A DNA stretch of 22,738 bases from Octopus sinensis (Eukaryota), in NCBI RefSeq assembly GCF_006345805.1, contig NW_021836888.1, forward strand, positions 1-22,738, given 5' to 3'. The translations under genes and the position numbers were made by a program. Under the pieces are notes generated by a model that did no database searches, had not been told where the DNA came from, and saw nothing but the letters and a program-made list of their open reading frames with translations. Below, one piece after another: positions 10,063 through 20,713 of this stretch; position 1 is the first letter of the stretch, and the number at the start of each line of letters is the position of its first letter.

Positions 10063-10775
10063 CGTACGTGTTTGTGTGTCTGTGTTTGCCCCCAACATCG
10101 CTTGGCAATCGATGCTGGTATGCTTACGTTCCCGTAACTTAGCGGTTCGGCAAATAGACCGATAGAATAAGTACTAGGCTTACAAAAAATAAGTCCTGGG
10201 ATTCGATTTGTTCGACTAAAAGGTGGTGCTCCAGCATGGTTGCAGTCAAATGACTGAAACAAGTAACAGAGTAAAAGAGTAAATATATACTCTCCGTTGT
10301 TGTTTACGACTTCCTCCAAACTTTCAATAAATTTTACGATCCTTGGCGATAAAAATCTCCCGGTCTTGACTCAAAGAATTCGTGTAACCAAGCCCTCAAT
10401 TCCACGTTATTACTGAACAATACATCACGCAAAGCGTTCGAAAGCGATCGAAGGAGATCAAAATCTGACGGCGTTAAGTCTGGATAGTATGGAAATTGAA
10501 GCAGCATTTCCCATTCTAGTTCTTGAATCGCGGCTTTGGTCATATTGGCGATGTGAGAACGGGCGTTGTCATGTTGCATAAGAAATTCATGTCGACTATT
10601 CGGTCATTTTTGCTGAATTGCTGCGTTGTGTCGGTGCAGTTGTTGAACGTAGAGCTCTGCATTTTGTGTTTGGTTGCGCTCAAGCAGTTCGTAATGAATT
10701 ATGACTTCCCAATCTCACCTTACACACAACATGATCTTTCGAGGATGAAGGTCTTGTTTCGCTCGCGGAGTCGCT
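9775..10775 (-). mobile_element. Tc1/mariner (mariner D,D34D) transposon 3' half, degenerate, interrupted by a SINE
   Basis: HPRKIMLCV..WDWEVIIHYELLE..ELYVQQL..QHDNARSH..PYYPDLTPSDFDLLRSL..DFYRQG..EEVVNNNGEYI (10775-10283). The last codons and stop resume at ~9834-9827. TA plus a TIR-like CTGGGTTGAGGAATAA at 9775-9792. Confidence 0.88.
9835..10283 (+). mobile_element. tRNA-derived SINE, family C (CORE-like box, internal microsatellite), near full length
   Basis: GGAGTGGCTGTGTGGTAAG (A box), GGTTCAGTCC (B box), ACCTTGGAGAAAGTGTCTT CORE-like motif, internal (TA)n(TG)n, tail GAGTAAAAGAGTAAA. Inverted homologue at 20714-21083. Confidence 0.85.
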
Positions 10776-10789
10776 TGCGAAAGATATAG

Positions 10790-11583
10790 GTGTAAAATGC
10801 AGATGAAATGATGGGCTGAGGAGAAGAGCTGAGGAGAAGAGAAAAGATCTTGAAATGAGAATGCACGGACAGTTTGAAAGGAATACACAGGACGTTAAGG
10901 ATAATACAGCATCGGGGGGCATGGTTTGAGCGAGGTGATTTGAAGCGTAGCACCGAAAGCCTGATCATTGCTGCACAAGACCAGACTCTCATTACCAATT
11001 CTGTGAAGTATAACATCTATAAAACTTCTGATACCTAGAAATACAAACTCTGTGGAAAGAGTGTGGAAGATGTGACCCACTTGGTAAGTGGATGGGAGAA
11101 TACAAACGCCACCACAATAAAGTGTTTGTGTATCTTCACTGGATCTTATACCGTAAATACCAATATGAAATAACATAGAACTGGTATGAGCATTTACCAA
11201 GTAACGTTATGCAGGAAGATGGGAAAGTAACGATACTCTGGGACTATGATATTCAGACAGATCGTGTAATCGAACACCGTCGACCGGATTTGTCATACTG
11301 AATAAGAGAGACAAATATTGTCAGATCATTGATGTTGCCATACCAAATGATATGAATGTTGTGAAAAAATCACCATGTACACCGAATTGAAAGTGGAAAT
11401 GGTAAGACTGTATGGAATACGAGAGGGTAAAGTAAAAGTGATACTAGTAGTGATCGGAGTGTTGGGCTCAATCCCACTGATACTTGAAGACTTCTTAAGG
11501 CAACTGGAAATCCCATGCAAGATTGATATCTTACAAAAGCAGCCTTATTGGGCACAGCGCACATCTTAAAGAAAGTATTAACT
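10790..11583 (+). mobile_element. R4/Dong-type retrotransposon C-terminal coding fragment (RLE domain), degenerate
   Basis: MHGQFER..GDLKRSTESLIIAAQDQTL, KLCGKSVEDVTHLVSG, YKRHHNKV..LHW, NWYEH, VTILWDYDIQTDRVIEHRRPD, CQIIDVAIPND, YTELKVEM, VVIGVLGSIP, ALLGTAHILKKVL. Confidence 0.88.
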
Positions 11584-12094
11584 AATAAGCAAAGTGAAAT
11601 ACTCTCTGAACCGGCCATAAACACCAAGGCAGATGAAAATCAAATAGATGAAGAAAGTGATTAAATGGCTGAAAATTGAAGAATTCATTATGAATAAGCG
11701 TGACGCTCTCCCAAAAATTCGCAAATCTAACCATAACCTGAAAGGAATTGGTAAAATCCGCCTTGCACTTGAGGATATAATTTCAGCTAATGATGTTGAT
11801 ATTTCAGATCTCAACCACCTGCACTATGCATCCACGAAAATTTCAACGATTCTATGTTGGGAAAAGATAGGAAAACGACATTTCCACAAAATACATATTT
11901 GACAAGAGCGTATTCAGCACCAAATTCAGTTCCATGGAATGTTTAAAAAACCTTAAGTTTGACGGGAATATCAAAGCAACAAAAACCGAAAATTAAAGGT
12001 AAAGTATAATGGGAAAACCATACTTGACATCGATGACCACTATCAAGCAAGGTATGTACTAATGCTGCCCGCATAGCACGGCATGAAAAGCGCG
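11584..12094 (+). mobile_element. probable N-terminal (pre-RT) ORF fragment of an R4/Dong-type element
   Basis: Degenerate RDALPKIR..ISDLNHLHYA..QERIQHQI..TIKQ..NAARIARHEKR resembles the region upstream of RT in R4-clade proteins; recognised from memory, not aligned. Confidence 0.5.
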
Positions 12095-12308
12095 TTAGTT
12101 GATCGGATCAACAGAACAGCCAGCTCGTGAAATTAACGTACAAGTGGCTGAGCACTCCACAGACACGTGTACCCTTAACAGAGACTCGGGGAGATTCAGT
12201 GTTACATAGAGTGTGACAAAGCTGGCCCTTTGAAATACAGCTACAACAGAAATAGGAAGAAAGATTGAGGAAAAACTCTTGGTGAAAGAATACAGCAAGG
12301 TTCACCAT
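12095..12308 (-). mobile_element. SINE 3' half related to family R (15064-15260)
   Basis: 12255-12308 (GAAAGATTGAGGAAAAACTCTTGGTGAAAGAATACAGCAAGGTTCACCA) is homologous to 15086-15134 (GAAAGGGTGAGAGAAATTTGCGGCGAAAGAGTACAGCATGGATTGCCA). Confidence 0.6.
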
Positions 12309-12319
12309 GCACATGTAGG

Positions 12320-12492
12320 TATACACACGCACACACACATATATATATGATATATAAGCATATACATATGCATGTACACACACATGCACACACATACACA
12401 CACACACATATATATATATATGTGTGTGTGTATGTATATATATATATATATTTATATACACATACATATACATATATTTATAAACACACATA
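12320..12492. repeat. (CA)/(TA)/(TG) microsatellite tract
   Basis: Directly visible. Confidence 0.9.
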
Positions 12493-12592
12493 AAAACAAT
12501 AAGATCAAAACAAAAGAAGCAGCAAGACGCAACAAGGAGAGCCCACCCATCATTATTGTCGTCGTGACTACCGTCCTCTTCCTCCTCCTCCT

Positions 12593-12682
12593 CATCATCA
12601 TCATCACCATCATCACCATCATCATCATCACCATCACCATCATCATCATCATCATCACCATCATCATCACCATCACCATCAC

Positions 12683-12741
<59 letters not shown>

Positions 12742-13124
12742 CCACCATCATCATCATCATCATCACCATCATCATCATCACCATCATCATCACCATCATC
12801 ATCATCATCACTCATCATCATCATCATCATCATCATCACCATCACCATCATCATCATCATCATCATCACCATCATCATCATCACCATCACCATCATCATC
12901 ATCATCATCATCACCATCATCATCACCATCACCATCACCATCATCATCATCATCATCATCATCACCATCATCATCATCACCATCATCATCATCACCATCA
13001 CCATCATCATCATCATCATCATCATCACCATCATCATCACCATCACCATCACCATCATCATCATCATCATCATCACCATCATCATCACCATCATCATCAT
13101 CACATCACCATCATCATCATCATC

Positions 13125-13156
<32 letters not shown>

Positions 13157-13376
13157 CTCATCATCATCATCCCATCATCATCACCATCATCATCATCACC
13201 ATCACCACATCATCATCATCACATCATCATCATCACCACATCATCATCACCAATCACACATCATCATCATCATCATCATCACCATCATCATCACCATCAC
13301 ATCACCATCATCATCATCATCATCATCATCATATCATCACCATCATCATCACCATCACCATCACCATCACCATCAC

Positions 13377-13417
<41 letters not shown>

Positions 13418-13458
13418 CCATCACCATCACCATCATCATCATCACCATCATGATCATG

Positions 13459-13509
<51 letters not shown>
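12593..13509. repeat. ~920 bp (CAT)n array interspersed with CAC
   Basis: Directly visible; source of the poly-His/Met/Ile/Asp ORFs. Confidence 0.98.
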
Positions 13510-13510
<1 letters not shown>

Positions 13511-13738
13511 ACGAAACAGTTGAAAGCAGTTGAAACAAAGAAGGCTCAGCATGGAATAATATAGGTCAACTGACGTCACGCGAATCGACACCTAACATCG
13601 TTTCTCTTTTTCCCTTTCTCTTTCTCACTCTCTCTCTCTCTCTCTCTCTCTGTGACCTGCAAAACTGTTCATTGAGCGTTCGATATCAGTCGCTGACAAC
13701 TGATCTCTTTTATACTGTGAGATCATATTAAGTGGGAT

Positions 13739-13850
13739 ACCTACCAACTTACCTACCAACCTACCTACCTACCTACCTACCTACCTACCTACCTACCTAC
13801 CTACCTCCATACATACATAAATAAATACATACCTACTTACATACATACAC
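13739..13850. repeat. (CCTA)n grading into (CATA)n
   Basis: Directly visible. Confidence 0.9.
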
Positions 13851-14011
13851 GTCTATACGCCAATGTATATGCATTTCTAAAAGACTACCTGCCAAGCAGC
13901 CTAGTAACCTACCTGCCTACACCCCTCCCCACCTGCAACCTCCCCGCATTCATACATGTGTGCTATCATCTTCTGTTTCTACCTGTTTACACATTTCATA
14001 ATAATTAGAAA

Positions 14012-14100
14012 TATTATTATTATTATTATTGTTAATAATGATAATAATAATAACAACAACAGCAGCAACAACAACAACAATAAGAAGAAGAAAAAAAGAA

Positions 14101-14136
<36 letters not shown>

Positions 14137-14239
14137 AAGAAGAAGAAGAAGAAGAAGAAGAAGAAGAAGAAGAAGAAGAAGAAGAAGAAGAAGAAGAAGA
14201 AGAAGAAGAAGAAGGATGATGAGGATGATGGTGATAATA

Positions 14240-14282
<43 letters not shown>

Positions 14283-14305
14283 CAACACCAACAACAACAA
14301 CAGCA
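14012..14305. repeat. compound trinucleotide array (ATT)-(AAT)-(AAC)-(AAG)-(TAG)-(AAG)-(GAT)-(AAT)-(AAC)
   Basis: Directly visible. Confidence 0.95.
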
Positions 14306-14317
14306 ATATTATTAATC

Positions 14318-14400
14318 GTTTCTATTATAGGCAGAAGGCCTGAAATTTTGTGGGAGGATGCTCGTCGGTTACATCGAATCCAGTGTTTCACTGTTACACT
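14318..14400 (-). mobile_element. SINE family M 3' fragment
   Basis: TTTCTATTATAGGCAGAAGGCCTGAAATTTTG..GTCGGTTACATCGA matches 7559-7615. Confidence 0.7.
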
Positions 14401-14468
14401 TACTTCTTCTTTTAAGGAACAACAGTAAAACTTACATGAATTTTAGAATTAGTATTAACAGTAAACGC

Positions 14469-14530
<62 letters not shown>

Positions 14531-14532
14531 TA

Positions 14533-14566
<34 letters not shown>
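14469..14566. repeat. (TA)n microsatellite
   Basis: Directly visible. Confidence 0.97.
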
Positions 14567-14717
14567 TTGAGTAGTTGAATGAATTATCTTATTATGGATA
14601 ATTCAGTTAACCGATACCAGGGTAGCAAATTCACGTCAGAAAAACACGGTTGAAGCTACATGCCAAGGCAGAGATCACGTGCTTTCGTGTGGAAATTTGT
14701 GTTTTTTTAAATAACAA

Positions 14718-14786
14718 ATAAATGAAAGAATGGAGTTGAACGACGAATTTTGTTAATCCGTCGTTCAACTCCATTCTTTCATTTAT
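14718..14786. repeat. perfect 28-bp inverted repeat with 13-nt spacer
   Basis: ATAAATGAAAGAATGGAGTTGAACGACG (14718-14745) / CGTCGTTCAACTCCATTCTTTCATTTAT (14759-14786). Confidence 0.95.
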
Positions 14787-14800
14787 ATATATATATATTT

Positions 14801-14993
14801 TCTTATTCTTTTATTTGTTTCAGTCATTTGACTGCGGCCATGCTGGAGCACCGACTTTAGTTGAACAAATCGTCCCCAGAACTAATACTTTTGCAAGCCT
14901 AGTACTTATACTATCTGTCTCTTTTGCCGAACCGCCAAGTTATGTGGACGTAAGCACACCAACATTGGTTGTCAAGCGATGGTGGGAGCACTA

Positions 14994-14995
<2 letters not shown>
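14801..14995 (-). mobile_element. SINE family C, 3' half only
   Basis: TTGTTTCAGTCATTTGACTGCGGCCATGCTGGAGCACC..GCCGAACCGC..ACACCAACATTGGTTGTCAAGCGATG matches 20729-20880 and the reverse complement of 10080-10265. Confidence 0.85.
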
Positions 14996-15055
<60 letters not shown>

Positions 15056-15063
15056 CCATATAG

Positions 15064-15260
15064 TATTGAAATGACGCCAACAGTAGAAAGGGTGAGAGAA
15101 ATTTGCGGCGAAAGAGTACAGCATGGATTGCCACCATCCTCTGCCGGAGCTTTAGGTGTTTTCGCTCAATAAACGCTCACAGCTCCCGGTCTTGGAATCT
15201 AAACCGCGATCCTACGACCGCGTGTCTGCTGCCCTAACCACTGGGCCATTGCTCCTCCAC
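15064..15260 (-). mobile_element. tRNA-derived SINE, family R (possibly tRNA-Arg-related head), 5' part
   Basis: Minus strand GTGGAGGAGCAATGGCCCAGTGGTTAGGGCAGC (A box)..GGTTTAGATTCC (B box)..GTTTATTGAGCGAAAACACCTAAAGCTCC. Confidence 0.75.
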
Positions 15261-15799
15261 TGTTTGTGTATATATAAAAGTGAACAAATATGAAAACAAA
15301 CACAAGTGAAGCGCTTGGCAGAAATGCTTGTTTCTATAGGCGCGCGTTAGTGTATGCGTGCGCGGTTGCGACTACGTGTATCTTCGCGCACACAGAAGCT
15401 CACACACACTGATGGTATATCATTATACAATATGTATATATATATATATATAATATGTAGACTCACGCTCAACCAGACGAACGCTGATGCACAATCTCTT
15501 CTGTACAATATAAGTGCAGACGTAATGCTACACAGATAAACGGCCAATTAAGTTAGCGGATATCGGACAGTTGGAGGTTGAATCGACCTCTAACAGCTAA
15601 GATTTTTTTTACTAGATACCATGGATAATATCTTGTTTAACTCTATACACAAATATAAGAATTTATATATTTATATATATTTATAAAAGAGGGGGCAATC
15701 ATATAGTTTTTTTTTTATCTTTCCGTTCTGTTATAAAATCAGTTGGAGTGGACAGAAAACTAAATAAACGCAGATATTTAGATGAATGATAGATATTAC

Positions 15800-16290
15800 G
15801 CATACACAGACATGCACAAACACATACACGCACAGACACACACACACACGCATACATACGCATACACTCACATACGCGTGCGCGCATAAATAGTTATCTA
15901 TGTATGCATGTATGCCTATAAATAAATATATAAACCTATTTATATGTATATATATATATATAAACATACATAGGTGAGTATTTATGTATATACGTAAATA
16001 CACACACACACATATATGTACAAATATATATTTATATATATGTCTATATATGTGTGTATATATATATATACACGTATATACATACATACATATATATATA
16101 ATATTTATATATATATAAATATTGATATATGTGCGTGTATATATGTATATATACATATATAGATATATATATATAGATAAATAGATAGATATATGTGCGT
16201 GTATATATGCATATGCATGTATATAATATATATTATATATATATATATATACTTATGTATGTATAAATACATAACTTTCTATACATATAT
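15800..16290. repeat. degenerate (CA)/(TA) microsatellite tract
   Basis: Directly visible. Confidence 0.9.
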
Positions 16291-16480
16291 GAATGTCTGT
16301 GTAAGTGCTCATACACTGAATTCATTTTTTATTGCTGGCGGGACAATCCTGCTGGGTTTTTTGCATTACATGTATATATGTATATGTGTGTGTGCGTTTG
16401 TATGTATGGGCATGTGTGAGCGCGTTCACGCGTGCATGCGTGGGTGTGTGGGTGTGTAACTTTTTTTATTTTTTTGCAAG

Positions 16481-16492
16481 GTCCATTCAGAC
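16481..16492 (+). other. candidate 12-nt microexon
   Basis: TGTAAC-T7-A-T7-GCAAG | GTCCATTCAGAC | GTAAGT; splice signals only, no transcript evidence. Confidence 0.3.
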
Positions 16493-16842
16493 GTAAGTTA
16501 TCCTCTCTACTAACACGGCTGGGGATAAATCATAAATAGTGAACTATGCTGGAAGCAACAATTTAAGCCGATATTCCGTTAAGATATGCATTTCCCTCTC
16601 CTGCTCTTTCTCTCCTCTTCCCCTTCCCCCCCTTTCTCTATCTCACTGTCTGTTATACGCAAATGCTCATAGGCACATATTCCTATACACACATTCAAAA
16701 CTACGCCACATGACATAGACACGTATTCTCATATACAAGTGTCCTCCTAGACATACACATTGCAGATACACGCGATTTTTTCTCGCTTACCAACACCTAG
16801 ACATATAAGACACATACATATGTAACACATGCACACAAATAC

Positions 16843-16916
16843 ATATCTAACCATCTCTCTATCTAACTCTCTATCTATCCAACTATCTATCGATCTGTAT
16901 ATCTATCCATGTATCC

Positions 16917-16974
<58 letters not shown>

Positions 16975-17007
16975 ATATATATATATATATCTATCTATCT
17001 ATCTATA

Positions 17008-17050
<43 letters not shown>

Positions 17051-17105
17051 TATCTATCTATCAATCTATCTATCTGTCTATAATCTATCTATCTATATAT
17101 CCATC

Positions 17106-17163
<58 letters not shown>

Positions 17164-17170
17164 ATATATA
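16843..17170. repeat. (TATC)n-(TA)n microsatellite
   Basis: Directly visible. Confidence 0.95.
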
Positions 17171-18187
17171 ATCTAAACTGCGCGGACCACACCGGTCTGA
17201 CTTGGTGCCTCAACTTATGTACCTTATTCAACTGAATCTTAATTTCTCATTATATATAATTATATATATTTACACGCACACACACACGCACTCACACCAC
17301 TAGTTTTACCGATCCCATGTGTAAAATACTTGCTCCTAATTCAGTTTTTAATGCCAATTTGTGTTTTTGAAACAAATTTCAGCCGAACAAATACTTTTCC
17401 ATCTAATTGTTGAAAACCCCTCTTTGATAATTCCTGAAAAGAAATGGCAGAAATGGGATGTGGAATGATATGTATGATAATTACGTAAATATTCCGTCTA
17501 AAAAGTCGAACCAGAAAAAAATGATTGCAGGTACATACTGAAAACAATCTTATATCACCGCTATATGTACTAACATTTACAGAAAATACGAATATGTCCG
17601 TTATTAGAGATGCTAAGAAAATAGTTGTTAAACTTAATAAAATTACAGTTTTGGAATTCCGAGTCCTTCGTATACGACATATATTTAATTACAAGTGTTG
17701 GTTTATTGATGCCAAAAAGCTGAATTTCAAATAGTGAGCAAGCCAATACTTGAGTCGATTGTTCTTAATATTAAAAAAATGCTATATTCCATTGATGAAA
17801 CCACAGAATAGAAGTATTAGAATTGCTCTGGGAGTCTATAACAATCAATAATAAAAGAGCAGTCTATTTGAAATCCATAATTTTTAACATTCGGTTACAA
17901 AGCCTCATTTTGTGAAAGCTTTCGACTCTGCAAATACTTTTACATGGATTAGCGATTATGCCATCTTACATAATTACGCATATACGAAATCGCCTTCTAT
18001 ATGTATTTCTCTTTATTAATTCAGTAGGGTAAAAATTTTGAGATGAATTACTTGATGTCCTTATCGGTGCATATGAAAGGGAACAAATTCTTGATCTCAT
18101 AGGAATTCATTTCCTATTATTTGCGTTCAAAAGTTTGCAGTGAGAAGAGGCGACTATGACGACGCTGGATTTTTATTACTTATTATC

Positions 18188-18380
18188 ATTTCCACTCTAG
18201 GTACAAGCCTGAAATTTTGGTGGAAGGGAATAGTCATTTGCTTCCACCCCAGTACTCAACTGGTACTAATTTGTTCACTCCGAGAGGATGGCGGAAATTG
18301 ATCACAGAATGTAAAACTGGAGGAAATACCTCTAAGCAATTTGTCTGGAGTGCTCACGATTCTACCAGCTCACAGTCTTA
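18188..18380 (-). mobile_element. SINE family M, diverged copy
   Basis: TTTCCACTCTAGGTACAAGCCTGAAATTTTGG..CCCCAGTACTCAACTGG..CCGAGAGGATG..CAGAATGTAAA..GAAATACCTCTAAGCA..ACGATTCTACCAGCTC, colinear with 7834-8043. Confidence 0.75.
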
Positions 18381-18456
18381 GTTTTTATACACAGACACAC
18401 AGACACACACACCACACACACACAACACATATATAATAATATTTACATATATACAG

Positions 18457-18646
18457 ACACCATGATAGATCGTTAGTCACTACACATATTTTTTCTCTCC
18501 TTGTTTTTTCTGTGTCCCTTTCTGTAGAAGAGCGTATGCTCGAAACGTAAAAGACTTTTTTCTAATTCCTGAGCATTATACTAATACATATGTTTGTTTT
18601 GCACACCACCTGTCTTCGTCTATTGTTTTTTTCGTAAACTCTCCCT
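18457..18646 (+). mobile_element. short (TA)-flanked repeat with hammerhead-like motif (Penelope-like pLTR candidate)
   Basis: CTTT-CTGTAGAA-GAGC GTAT GCTC-GAAA-CG-TA-AAAG at 18518-18553; TA/CA repeats on both flanks. Confidence 0.5.
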
Positions 18647-20713
18647 ATATATATATCACTGAACTTTGAAATGAAATAAGTTTAGACCTTACCATAAAAT
18701 CTATCGGAAAGTTATTTTACACAAGTAAGATTTCTATTCACCAACCCATTAAAATTGTCTCACGGCGGATTTACGGATAAGGTACAATATCTGCCTCGAT
18801 TACTGCAGGAAATCACTGAAATGGAAAAGCGTTTCTTAATTTAATCTTGTAACATTTTCGACGAAGCTCAAAGTATTCTAAGCTTCACAACAGATATTTG
18901 GCCAAATTGAGCTCTTTTGCACGCAAGATTTTTTAAAACTCCGCTGAAAGTTATATACCTAAACAGATTTCAAGCGCAGTGAATTCCCAATATGACCTGA
19001 AGTGTAATAATGTCTATCGTGATAAATGCCCGCTTGGTTCTAATTGCCGTGTGAAATTATTATTATACTTCTTAAAAAATAATAATAATAATTCAATACG
19101 ACAATAATAAATGAATGAGGAATAACCCCAAACTAATATATTACATTTGGTTACCTGATCATTCTTTTAAATTTAGAATTATTAGTGCAATCATTTATTT
19201 ATAATTCCCGAAAGAATGTTTGCAATCACGTTGTCTAAAGACATTTGGTCTTGGAAAGACAAATCCACTTGCATTGAACATAACTTTATCAGTTTCAGAT
19301 CTTCCACAGTCTTATGGCTGTAGAAATTCTGGTCGAAATTGTGTTGTCACTTCTACCTAAGAGAAAAACTGTGTAAAAGTTTAAGATCAGACCTTCTTTC
19401 ATCTAGCAAACACTGTCCAAAATACCTTTTAACACGTTAAGGAATAATGCCAAAATCTATTAAATATTACTGCATAGTGTTACGCTTTGAGGACAGTTTA
19501 TCATTCTGTTTTGTTTCTTAACTATAGCACTGAAAAATTCTTTGCACAGAAAAAAATTTTAGTCGTAGACAATTTCTTTTAAAAACTGTTTTAATCACAT
19601 TATAATGTGCGCCAATAATTTAATGATATAAACAGTCTTACCACATATTCTTATTTTTTGTGCATATTCATTTATATTTTCTTTCATAGTACGACAACCA
19701 GCATTATGCCCACTCCAGTTTGTTTTTTTAACGCACTTTTTGAATAAAATTATTAAATAACGATATCTATGAGTTTTCTTTGGTGTCCAGTTAAAACACA
19801 TTATCATATTCCAATACATATGAGCCAGCTTTCACAGAATTCACAGGTTCTTCTTGTAATATCGAGAAACTCATCGAAAAGTTCTCGGATTCCAGAAAAA
19901 AATAAATATATATATTTTGTGTGTGTGTTTTTTCTCTGACTTTCATTTAAATTCATCTTGAGAGGGTTCCCGGAGCGTGTAAATATGTAGTTGGTTTGGT
20001 GTGTTGGTAGAGCTACCGATGCATACACCCAAGTGTGTGCATCTATTTATTCACTTAAAGAATCACCGATGGAAAATTTCTGGAATGTTCGCAAATGTTC
20101 ACAGTGTTTCTAATTGATTGAATTTGGAAAATCAGCGTCAGTTTCATTTGCTCTTTCTTCGGAAAACCTAGTATCTCTGAGCTTTTCTGTAATTTTTGTA
20201 GGTACATAGCATAATGCATTTATGATAATGTGTACAAAATAAGAATTTATAATCAGTGTACAAGAACTGTAAGTTCCACATTAATTCAGCCATCATAAAT
20301 ATTCTCTTTTTCCTCGACTTTTGATAGTATTTTCATATTGAACGGGCAGCTGATCTTAATACATGTATGTATATATAAAGACATATGCATGTGTGTTGAG
20401 GTGTATGCGTGTGCGTAAGTGCGCGTTTCTGTACGAGACTGAGCATGCATTTATGTGTGTGTGTTTGTTGCGTGTGTGTGTGTGTTTGTGTGTGAAATGC
20501 TGTTCTCCAGTAGCCTCACCAATCAGTATCATTGCATATAGACGCCATCTTCTTTCTGGTTAGACTCAGCAATGCTTTTTTGAGGTAATTTAATATTCCG
20601 TGCTCGAATCCACGGGGTTGAATTTTGCTTTCAATTCTTCTAGGGTTACAAGCATAATTACTGGGTAATTAGAAGGATTACTTTAAAAGACTATGCTGAA
20701 TCCTTTAACACTT

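Noticed and set aside
12108-13538. 331-383 aa poly-His/Met/Asp/Ile ORFs
   Set aside because: Translations of the (CAT)n array; no complexity or gene structure.
13571-13578. Perfect CRE palindrome TGACGTCA
   Set aside because: A single 8-mer in 22.7 kb with no promoter evidence.
17341-20028. Short 68-74 aa ORFs in the unique region
   Set aside because: No recognisable domain or consistent splice signals; lengths are compatible with chance.
20570-20680. Possible very old + strand copy of SINE family M
   Set aside because: Only patchy similarity (TCGAATCC..TTTGCTTTCAATTCTT); too diverged to call.
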